A stretch of DNA of 64,000 bases from a bacterium (lineage in GTDB: Bacteria; JAJVIF01; JAGGVT01), in the NCBI GenBank assembly GCA_021157815.1, contig JAGGVT010000096.1, positions 9,335-73,334 on the forward strand, written 5' to 3'. Below, piece after piece: positions 50,102 to 58,016 of the stretch. Positions within the stretch are counted from its first letter, which is position 1. Every line of letters begins with the position of its first letter. The notes below the pieces were generated by a model that did no database searches, was not told where the DNA came from, and saw only the letters and a program-made list of their open reading frames with translations. The translations under genes were made by a program, and so were the position numbers.

Positions 50102-51499
50102 TTACGAATTCTCAATTATCGCCAATCCATAGAGCGTGGCAAGATTGCGAAAGTCCTCTTCCAAATCGCCGTAGAATGATACTCGATGCCATCCGAAGTT
50201 GCACTCGACATTCCAGCTGTTCAGTATCGCTTTCGCATCGGGAACCTCAACAGCGATTTTAGTCCGGCAAGCCCAGTCGATATCGACATTTCCAACCACC
50301 ACTCCCTTGTGAAGCGCGAGTTTTTTATCCACCGGATGCAATTTAACTGTTGTCATTGGAAGGCCAAGCCGCGCTTTGACCTGCACGGATGCTCCTTTGC
50401 CGCATTCCGCATGGCTTCTGATAACATACGGCATGGGTGGCTCATCTGGAATCATTCTGTTCGAGCAAACACAATGAGCATAAATTACCTGATTGGATGC
50501 GGTATCAATCACGGGGTCGGAAACAAATCCGGGAGCGCCGGTTAAATAGCGCCCCATCAGATTTGTCAGGCTTGAGAAAATATCCGCCTCGCAGATTCCC
50601 ATAAGACCATCGTTCATCAACTGAAAAAATGCCATGCACGGGTATCCGGGAAATTTATCGCGATAAACATAGTTCAAACAATCGGTGGAAACACAGGTCG
50701 CGCCGACATCCTCCATCGCGCTTTTTAAAGCGAGATACATAACAGCCGCCTGCAGCATTGTTTCATCATCCGGTTCAACAACCTTCTCCGCTTCTTTTTC
50801 CCATTTTGCCGCTATTTTCTTCGCTTCGGAATTGTCAACATCGTCGCAGTATTTCAGAAGTTCCTGCCCCGGTTTTAGGATTATCTCTGTTCCGAAAATA
50901 TCCTTAATGACTTTCTCCTCGCCCGGTCTCATGCCCCATTCAGATACAGCATCCATGTAGTCAAGGATTTTCGTTTCACGCATTTTACGCATGACTGTTA
51001 TTAAATGCAGCGCGCGCCTTGTGTCGTTTGAATCCGATGAACTCACCAGAATCGCCGGAAGGTTATTGCGTTTAACAAAACTGTTGCAGTGCAGAAACAT
51101 GCCGTCGCCGGCATATAAATTATTCAGAACAACGGTTGGTTTGCCTGTGGACAGGATATCGAATTCACAGGAGCAACCGGGTATGCACAGCGAGACAACC
51201 AGAACGCCATCAGATTGCCTTACACCATCCTGAATGTGTTTGGGAAAATCATTTAGAGATTCAGGCCCTCGGCTTTCAAGCACCTGATTAACATACCCTC
51301 CGATTTCGCATGTTCCCTTATCGTGACACGGCACCATATCGCCGCCGGTGAATTCGAATTCATCGCCGAATTCCTCGTTGAGTTTAGCCATCCATTCTTT
51401 GCTGTGAGTTTCGGGATCAAGTTGCGCGTTGGGCCATCCAGGAACGCCTATCGGTTTTTTCTCCCCTAGAAACGCTGTGTATATGCGAGTTTTTTCCAT
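50102..51499 (-). CDS. hypothetical protein, possibly sugar isomerase-like (function unresolved)
   Basis: Clear 465-aa ORF in operon context, not secreted; weak resemblance to the L-fucose/L-arabinose isomerase-type fold only. Confidence 0.55.
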   Translation of the reverse strand: MEKTRIYTAFLGEKKPIGVPGWPNAQLDPETHSKEWMAKLNEEFGDEFEFTGGDMVPCHDKGTCEIGGYVNQVLESRGPESLNDFPKHIQDGVRQSDGVLVVSLCIPGCSCEFDILSTGKPTVVLNNLYAGDGMFLHCNSFVKRNNLPAILVSSSDSNDTRRALHLITVMRKMRETKILDYMDAVSEWGMRPGEEKVIKDIFGTEIILKPGQELLKYCDDVDNSEAKKIAAKWEKEAEKVVEPDDETMLQAAVMYLALKSAMEDVGATCVSTDCLNYVYRDKFPGYPCMAFFQLMNDGLMGICEADIFSSLTNLMGRYLTGAPGFVSDPVIDTASNQVIYAHCVCSNRMIPDEPPMPYVIRSHAECGKGASVQVKARLGLPMTTVKLHPVDKKLALHKGVVVGNVDIDWACRTKIAVEVPDAKAILNSWNVECNFGWHRVSFYGDLEEDFRNLATLYGLAIIENS

Positions 51500-51534
51500 T
51501 TGTGTATGTCCTTTTTACTTTCCTGAGAGATAAA

Positions 51535-52635
51535 CTATTCCTTTAAGCTCACACCAAGACCGACGCCGGTGGGCAGTTCAAGATAACCATTTTCGCAATG
51601 CTTAAAAAACGGCGCTGGATGAATAGTGTCATCCACCAGCATCTCAGGGCCTATCATCTCGCAGGCGTAATTGATGTTTGGCATCGCGATCGCAAAATGC
51701 AATCCCGCCGCTGACCCGACGCCCATCTCAGGCATGGAACCCACCAGGCAGGGAACACCCGCCGCTCTCGCAATATCGGCAACCGCACGCGAGCCACGCA
51801 ATCCGCACGGTTTCATTATTTTGATGTTGATTATATCCGTCGCTTTTCGCTTGATTAGTTCAATCGCATCCTTTATTCCGAACATGCTTTCATCCGCCAT
51901 GATTGGAGTTTCCAGCTTCTCACACAGTTTAGCCATGCCATCGATATCTTCTCGTGGAAGCGGCTGCTCGATCAATTCCAGATTGTACTTCTCCATTTTT
52001 GGAAGCGTTTCGATTGCAGTATCGTAATCGTATCCCTGGTTGGCATCGACACGAAGTTTGATTTCATCGCCAATCGCGCTTCGAACCTCTTTCACGGCGT
52101 CAATGTCACGCCCCGGGTCATTTCCAATTTTTATTTTAATTGTCTTATAGCCCTTTTGGACATACTCAACCGCTTCACTCGCAACCTCATCTATATCTCC
52201 AATTCCAATCGCCCATGCGAGCGGGACAGTATCACGGCATTTGCCTCCAAGCATCTGATAAACAGGCTGGTTTGTGATTTTCCCAATTACGTCGTGCAGT
52301 GCAAGGTCAATAGCGGCTTTAGCGTAACTGTTGCCCTCGACTGTTTTATCCAGCAGTTCCATAATCGCGTTTATCTCAAACGGGTCAAGCCCGATTATCG
52401 CCGGAATCAGTTTCTCTTTCAGAACCGCCTCGACACCGGTATGTGTTTCATCCGAATAGGACTGCATTGTAGCTGCTTCACCCAACCCGATTGTGCCGTC
52501 ATCAGTGATTATCCTGATAATCGCATGTTCGCATAGAGTTGTTTCCCCGCCGGCAATTACAAACGGCCTTCTGAATGGAACAGCTTTCTGCAGAATTTCC
52601 ACTTTTTCGATTTTCATATTAACCACCTGAAACAA
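51535..52635 (-). CDS. enolase-superfamily mandelate racemase/muconate lactonizing enzyme (MR/MLE) family protein
   Basis: KIKIGNDPGRDIDAVKEVRSAIGDEIKLRVDANQGY; LELIEQPLPREDIDGMAKL; ETPIMADES. Confidence 0.9.
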   Translation of the reverse strand: MFQVVNMKIEKVEILQKAVPFRRPFVIAGGETTLCEHAIIRIITDDGTIGLGEAATMQSYSDETHTGVEAVLKEKLIPAIIGLDPFEINAIMELLDKTVEGNSYAKAAIDLALHDVIGKITNQPVYQMLGGKCRDTVPLAWAIGIGDIDEVASEAVEYVQKGYKTIKIKIGNDPGRDIDAVKEVRSAIGDEIKLRVDANQGYDYDTAIETLPKMEKYNLELIEQPLPREDIDGMAKLCEKLETPIMADESMFGIKDAIELIKRKATDIINIKIMKPCGLRGSRAVADIARAAGVPCLVGSMPEMGVGSAAGLHFAIAMPNINYACEMIGPEMLVDDTIHPAPFFKHCENGYLELPTGVGLGVSLKE

Positions 52636-53524
52636 CCGTATTTCTTAATGTGCCAATGCCTTCAATGGTCGCCTCGACAACATCACCGACTTCAAGCGCT
52701 GAGATTCCCTCCGGAGTGCCTGTCATAATCATGTCACCCGGCAGGAGAGTCATGTGCTTTGAGATGTATGACATCAAACTGGGAATATCGAACACCATTT
52801 TGGCGGTAGTTGATTTCTGCCGGGTTTCGCCGTTTACTTTCAATTCCATCTCGAGATTCTGTGCGTCATCGACCGCATCTTTGGGAACAACAAAGGGTCC
52901 AAGCGGAGTGAATGTGTCGAAACTTTTCGAGCGAAGCCACGGATTAACAATCTTCATGTCCCTTTCCTGCATGTCCCTTGCGGAGATATCGTTGCCGATT
53001 GTGTATCCCGCGATGTGATCATAAGCATCGGATGGTGAAATGTCCTTCGCGGTTTTTCCAATTATAATCACAAGTTCGATCTCATGGTCAAGGCGATTAA
53101 CAACGGATGGATATACAATTTCGCCTTCGTGAGGAAGCATCGATGATGTTACCTTGTCAAAAATAATCGGCTCATCGGGAACCGATAGATTACTCTCCTC
53201 CGCATGCGCCCTGTAATTCCTGCCCAGCGCGAGTATTTTCGATGGTTGAATCAGCGGAATCTCATATTTGAAATTTTCTTTGACTGTGAAACTATCCACC
53301 AGATTGTGTTTCTTGAGGAAATCGCACACTTCGGTAAATATTCCCAGTTTGAAAATGCCTTGTTTAATCATCATGTCCATCGACTGGCAGATTAGCGCGA
53401 TTTGCGTTGCTTTCCTGTCGGCTAGTTCATAAGCCAGTCTGGCGCGTTGGAAATCAATAACAGCATCATCCAGCATCACGCCGATTTTCATTTCGTTGCC
53501 GGTTTTCAATCTGAATACCTTCAT
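52619..53524 (-). CDS. fumarylacetoacetate hydrolase (FAH)-family hydrolase/hydratase
   Basis: NRLDHEIELVIIIGK, GYTIGNDISARD, LLPGDMIMTGTPEG; 17-bp overlap with the MR/MLE gene. Confidence 0.9.
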   Translation of the reverse strand: MKVFRLKTGNEMKIGVMLDDAVIDFQRARLAYELADRKATQIALICQSMDMMIKQGIFKLGIFTEVCDFLKKHNLVDSFTVKENFKYEIPLIQPSKILALGRNYRAHAEESNLSVPDEPIIFDKVTSSMLPHEGEIVYPSVVNRLDHEIELVIIIGKTAKDISPSDAYDHIAGYTIGNDISARDMQERDMKIVNPWLRSKSFDTFTPLGPFVVPKDAVDDAQNLEMELKVNGETRQKSTTAKMVFDIPSLMSYISKHMTLLPGDMIMTGTPEGISALEVGDVVEATIEGIGTLRNTVVSGG

Positions 53525-53620
53525 TGTGTTATTCCTTTTTGTTTATTTTGCATGTAATCCGGGAGCTCTTCCCAAGGACCCCGGCGAAGGGACGCCGGGT
53601 TACAATTCACTAATTTTCCA

Positions 53621-53736
53621 ACTTACTAACCTGCCAACTTACTAACCTGCTAACCTGCTAACTTGCTAACCTACTAACCTGCTAACTTACTAACCTGCTA
53701 ACTTACTAACCTACTAACCTGCTAACTTACTAACCA
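53621..53736. repeat. 8-bp tandem repeat (CTAACYTR)n, about 14 units, beginning at the stop codon of 53730..54350
   Basis: Same unit as 23803-23906; preceded by ctaaTTTTCCAAC and a G/C hairpin (53560-53615). Confidence 0.85.
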
Positions 53737-54350
53737 ACCATCGCTACCACTCTTGCGGGAGCGCCATCGACAGCGCGCACTTTCAATGGCAGCGCGAGAA
53801 GCTTGATTTTATCGGCGTTTACAGCATCCAGATTCGCCAGGTTTTCAATCAGAAGCCTGTCCGCGCCAAGTACAATCAGATGCACCTCTGCGCTGAGCGG
53901 AAGATCGCTGGCGATGAATTTCGCTCCCTTGTCAACGAGCATCTGCGCGGTTTCAGGATCAAGAATTGGGAAATCCTTATAAAAGTTTCCCGTGTTCCAC
54001 TGCTTGTACCAGCCTGTGTTTATCAGGATTCCGACATCGGGCGTGATTTCCAGGTGCGACAGCATGCCGGGTGTGATATGCGAATTTTCGCCGATTCCAT
54101 CCAGTTTGCATACAACACAATCGCTGACAAGCATGTTCAGCGGGACTTCATCAATTGTCATCGCACCTTCGATAAAATGCGCGGGAGCGTCAATGTGAGT
54201 CCCCGTATGTGTCGCCATTTCAATTTTGTGAACCTGGCATTTGTCCCGTTCATACGAGCCTGTCTCCTCGCATGAAAAGGAGGCATGATAGTCGCCCCAA
54301 AAACGAGTCATGCCGTAATACAAATCTACGCTTAAATCGATAAGTTCCAT
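53730..54350 (-). CDS. cyclase-family protein (kynurenine formamidase-like, PF04199)
   Basis: HTGTHIDAPAHF signature. Confidence 0.85.
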   Translation of the reverse strand: MELIDLSVDLYYGMTRFWGDYHASFSCEETGSYERDKCQVHKIEMATHTGTHIDAPAHFIEGAMTIDEVPLNMLVSDCVVCKLDGIGENSHITPGMLSHLEITPDVGILINTGWYKQWNTGNFYKDFPILDPETAQMLVDKGAKFIASDLPLSAEVHLIVLGADRLLIENLANLDAVNADKIKLLALPLKVRAVDGAPARVVAMVG

Positions 54351-54362
54351 TTCATTTCTCCA

Positions 54363-55205
54363 TCATGATAATTTCCCGAGATATTCATTCATCTTCTCGA
54401 CATACTGCGGAAACGCTTCTTCCGGTTCAGGCAAATCAGGCTGCCAGACCTTTTCCCATTCGTACGAAAGATAGCCATCATATCCCATCGATGCAAGTAT
54501 TTTCAAGGCTTTTTGAATCGGGATATCGCCTTCTCCGATAAACACCAGCTTTGCATCTTTTCCGTCAAGGATTGAATCTTTCATGTGAACGTTTTTTATA
54601 TATGGAGCAAGCAGATTTGCGGACTCATCAATTGGCTCGCCTGTCCAGAAACAGTTGCTTATATCCCAGACTACACCTACCGAATCGTGATTCGTTTTTT
54701 TCATTACTGCGGCAACAGCTTTACCGGTGAGGAAACTGTCGTGCGTTTCAAGCGCGACAATGACTCCTTTTTCCGCAGCGAAATCGCCAAGCTGGATTAG
54801 ATAAGATGCCAGTTGATTCGCGCCGTCCTCAAAAGAGATTCCATCCGGTATTGAACCACCGAAAACTCGAACCAAAGGCGCGCCAAGTTCGCTTGCCAGA
54901 GTGATATAATCCCGCGCTTCATCAACGCTATTTTGCAATTTCTCCTGTTCCTTATGAAAAAAGCTGGCGGATGAATCGACGCTTATAATTTCAATTCCGG
55001 CATCGTTGAACATCGCGCGTGTCTTTTCAATATTGCCGCTGGAGAAATCCGGCAGATTGCGAATGTCGAGTTCATTGTCAATCCCGCGTAATTCCATGCC
55101 TGAAAAGCCATACAGTCTGGCGGATTCAATCGCTCTTTCAAGCGACCATGCGGGACATCCCAATGTGCTGAATGATAATTTCATGGTTTTATCCTTTATT
55201 CGCAA
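54363..55205 (-). CDS. sugar phosphate isomerase/epimerase (xylose isomerase-like TIM barrel)
   Basis: MKLSFSTLGCP..W.....ESARLYGF.GMELRG N-terminus typical of the AP-endonuclease-2/xylose-isomerase-like TIM family. Confidence 0.8.
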   Translation of the reverse strand: MRIKDKTMKLSFSTLGCPAWSLERAIESARLYGFSGMELRGIDNELDIRNLPDFSSGNIEKTRAMFNDAGIEIISVDSSASFFHKEQEKLQNSVDEARDYITLASELGAPLVRVFGGSIPDGISFEDGANQLASYLIQLGDFAAEKGVIVALETHDSFLTGKAVAAVMKKTNHDSVGVVWDISNCFWTGEPIDESANLLAPYIKNVHMKDSILDGKDAKLVFIGEGDIPIQKALKILASMGYDGYLSYEWEKVWQPDLPEPEEAFPQYVEKMNEYLGKLS

Positions 55206-55217
55206 CGCTGTTGAAAT

Positions 55218-55985
55218 TTAATACTTCCCCGCAAGCCATTTTAACATCTGGCCCCAGAACTGCGGATAGTGCTCCCAGTCCTTGAAATCACCCGCCCAGT
55301 GCGGAGCGAAATCAGATGCGAAAGTTGCCGTCCTGCCTTTCTTATATTCCCAGCATGTAATAAACGGATCGCCGTCATATTCCGCAAGCAGTTTTGCGCC
55401 ATCCTTGAGTTTCACCTGATTGTATCCGCACAGCGTGAATTCCGCACTATCCCAGGGTATCCCGGATGTTATCGGATGTTCCTTATCCACAACATTGAAG
55501 ATGAAACCGTCGGTTGCCTCGATTCGATCATCGTAAGGAGAAACCGAAACCGGCAGAATTTCCTCGACAGGAGTGTTGTGCCATCTGCCGATTGCGTTGA
55601 TTCCCGCAAACGAAAGATACCCGCCGCTCATGACAAATCCGCCTCCTTTCTCGACAAACTCCTTCACCATTTTAACCCTGTCAGGTCCCAGCGGATATTC
55701 ATACGGCGGCTTCAATCCTGCGTAGAATATCATCGAGTTGTAGCCGACATCGCTGAAAATCAGGACATCCCATTTCTCAAGTTCTTCCATCGATTTGGGA
55801 AACTGGTATGGAACATCGTGAGGATTGATATGCCTCAGTTCGATATATGGCAGTGTCGCCATGGCATCCCTGAAAAAATGAGCGTTGTCGTTGTAGTTAG
55901 CCTGCTCGAAGGAATCAGCTCCGACAATATATTTGCTTAGAACTATTTCAGAGTCGCCGATATAAAGCACTTTGATTTTTTCCAT
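55218..55985 (-). CDS. ThuA-like / class I glutamine amidotransferase-like fold protein
   Basis: About 250 aa, VLIFSDVGYNS..GGGFVMSGGYLSF pattern. This family commonly neighbours xylose-isomerase-like TIM-barrel genes (weak, by architecture). Confidence 0.45.
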   Translation of the reverse strand: MEKIKVLYIGDSEIVLSKYIVGADSFEQANYNDNAHFFRDAMATLPYIELRHINPHDVPYQFPKSMEELEKWDVLIFSDVGYNSMIFYAGLKPPYEYPLGPDRVKMVKEFVEKGGGFVMSGGYLSFAGINAIGRWHNTPVEEILPVSVSPYDDRIEATDGFIFNVVDKEHPITSGIPWDSAEFTLCGYNQVKLKDGAKLLAEYDGDPFITCWEYKKGRTATFASDFAPHWAGDFKDWEHYPQFWGQMLKWLAGKY

Positions 55986-56003
55986 TTTCGTTTGTCCTTT
56001 TTA

Positions 56004-56167
56004 CGTAGCGCTGACTTCCTGGGGCTGTTGAAAAAGCCCGTTTTGTCCCAGACCGTAGGGGCAACTCTCCGTGGTTGCCCTGTATTTATGCCAATATTTA
56101 GGGTAGGCACAGAGACCTACCCCCTACATTCAGCCCTTTTTCAACAGCCCCGGATGCCAGCGCTACG
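56004..56167. repeat. Long inverted-repeat element (about 33-bp arms) with internal G/C hairpins
   Basis: cgtagcgctgacttcctggggctgttgaaaaag ... ctttttcaacagccccggatgccagcgctacg; inner gggcaac..gttgccc and gggtagg..cctaccc. Confidence 0.5.
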
Positions 56168-56176
56168 AATCGTTAT

Positions 56177-56965
56177 CTATTTAAACAATTTAATCGCATT
56201 ACTCGATAATATCAACTCGCGGTCACGCTCACTTATTTTAGCATTCAACACCTTCAACAGCGATGATTTAACATACTGAAACGGAGCATTGCTGCCGAAT
56301 AACATTTTGTCCGCACCGAAATCCTCAACCGCTCTGACAACCACCTCGACCGCTCCCGGGCTTGCGTGGCGTCCCTGCATTCTGCCTATGTCGAAATGCC
56401 AGTTGTCGAGTTTCGCAAGTCGTTCTCTGACTGAGCTGAGTTCGCTGTATGACGCTCCGCTTATAACAAATCTCACTTTCGGGAATTTGATGATTGTATC
56501 AACCACTTTGCCCATATCAAGCGGTGGCACTTTCATCAGCCAGTGATGCTGGCGTTCATCCTCTACTCTAACCGCAAGCGCGACGGGGATATTTTTATTT
56601 TCCGCTGCTTTGATTAATGCAATCAGGCATTTATCTGTCAGGCCGTATCCGTGATATGTCGGAAACAGGCGCAATCCTTTGAATTTCATTTTATCGAAAC
56701 AGGTTTCAAAATCATGCTCCCAGCCCTCGAAAGCGGGATTTATCACGGCAAACGGAACAACCATAGATTGATATTTTTTATAAGCGTCATAAACCTCAAG
56801 GTTACCATCCATGCAATCCTTTGCGAGTATTGATGTAATCGGATAAACAACCGCCTGATCGATTCCCTCCCTTTCCATCAACTCTATAAACTTATCCGCA
56901 GATGCGTATTTCAATTTTCTAAACGGCCATGTGCCAATTCCTGTGAAGGTATCTATAATCATCAC
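56177..56965 (-). CDS. amidohydrolase_2-family TIM-barrel hydrolase
   Basis: Size and pattern match neighbouring PF04909-like genes; 4-bp overlap with upstream gene. Confidence 0.65.
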   Translation of the reverse strand: MMIIDTFTGIGTWPFRKLKYASADKFIELMEREGIDQAVVYPITSILAKDCMDGNLEVYDAYKKYQSMVVPFAVINPAFEGWEHDFETCFDKMKFKGLRLFPTYHGYGLTDKCLIALIKAAENKNIPVALAVRVEDERQHHWLMKVPPLDMGKVVDTIIKFPKVRFVISGASYSELSSVRERLAKLDNWHFDIGRMQGRHASPGAVEVVVRAVEDFGADKMLFGSNAPFQYVKSSLLKVLNAKISERDRELILSSNAIKLFK

Positions 56966-57714
56966 AAATCACCCCCCAGAAGACGGACAGCGTTATCGTA
57001 GAGAATCAGTTTTTTCTGCTCGTCGGTGATATCAGCTCCCTCGACTTTCCCAAGGTTTGTCCAGAAATCGATATCCGGCAGATCTGTTCCGAAGAAGATT
57101 CTCTCAGCGCCTAATTCCTCGACCGCCATTTCAATCGCGCCGCAATCGACAATGCTTCCGCAGATATCGATTAGAACATTCGGCAAGCCGCGAATCGCCT
57201 TGATTCCCCGCTGCCAGTCGCCGCCGATATGAGCCATGATTATTTTCACATTCGGAAATTGCTTTGCGAGAAAAGCGACATCCGCCGGTTTGGATTCGCC
57301 ATCAATGCATCCGGTAATTTTGAACCATGTGTGCTGCAGTATGGGGATATTCAGCGATTCGGCTTTCTCCATGATTGGAATATAGCGCGGGTCAGTGCAT
57401 ACACAGCCGCATTCGAACTTGATTCCAGTCATGCCGTATTCGTTAATCGCCCTGTCAATCTCATCGAGCGATTCCCGCTCATGTTCGGGATTCACATAAA
57501 CCCAGCCGTGAACGTAACCCGGTTCTTTTTTCATCCATTCATAAACACGGGCGTTATCCTCACGAAACTGCTCGGGAGTTGGCTTGTAAACGCCATCAGA
57601 TGGCTCAAGACACGAAACAACGATTTTCTCAACTCCAGCCGATTTCACCAAATCGAGCGTATGCTGAAAGCTCTCATCATCGCATAAATGCACATGCATA
57701 TCGATTATCTTCAT
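56962..57714 (-). CDS. amidohydrolase_2-family TIM-barrel hydrolase
   Basis: MKIIDMHVHL N-terminal metal-binding HxH, IMAHIGG, DLPD. Confidence 0.75.
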   Translation of the reverse strand: MKIIDMHVHLCDDESFQHTLDLVKSAGVEKIVVSCLEPSDGVYKPTPEQFREDNARVYEWMKKEPGYVHGWVYVNPEHERESLDEIDRAINEYGMTGIKFECGCVCTDPRYIPIMEKAESLNIPILQHTWFKITGCIDGESKPADVAFLAKQFPNVKIIMAHIGGDWQRGIKAIRGLPNVLIDICGSIVDCGAIEMAVEELGAERIFFGTDLPDIDFWTNLGKVEGADITDEQKKLILYDNAVRLLGGDL

Positions 57715-57728
57715 TGTTCAACCTGCCT

Positions 57729-57906
57729 GCTAATTGTAACCCAGCATCCCTTCACTGGGGTTTGCGTAAAATTGCCGATAATTCCCTCGGTTAATGAGAA
57801 CCCGTGCTACCAGTTTTGCTAATCGTAACCCGGCATCCCTTTGCCGGGGTTATGCGTGAATTAACGCCGTTTTCCCGGGAAATGGATTCCCGTACTACCA
57901 GTTTTC
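57729..57906. repeat. Tandem duplication of an about 90-bp unit carrying a GTAACCCRGCATCCCTT..GGGGTT hairpin
   Basis: 57729-57818 and 57819-57906 align with about 75% identity. The second copy ends in CCAGTTTTCCAAC, joined to the 8-mer array. Confidence 0.7.
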
Positions 57907-57907
57907 C

Positions 57908-58016
57908 AACCTGCTAACCTGCTAACTTACTAACCTGCTAACTTACTAACCTGCTAACTTACTAACTTACTAACCTGCTAACTTACTAACTTACTAACCT
58001 GCTAACTTATTAACCT
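57908..58016. repeat. 8-bp tandem repeat (CTAACYTR)n, about 13 units, overlapping the stop codon of 58010..60520
   Basis: Same unit and same TTTTCCAAC junction as the arrays at 23.8 kb and 53.6 kb. Confidence 0.85.
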
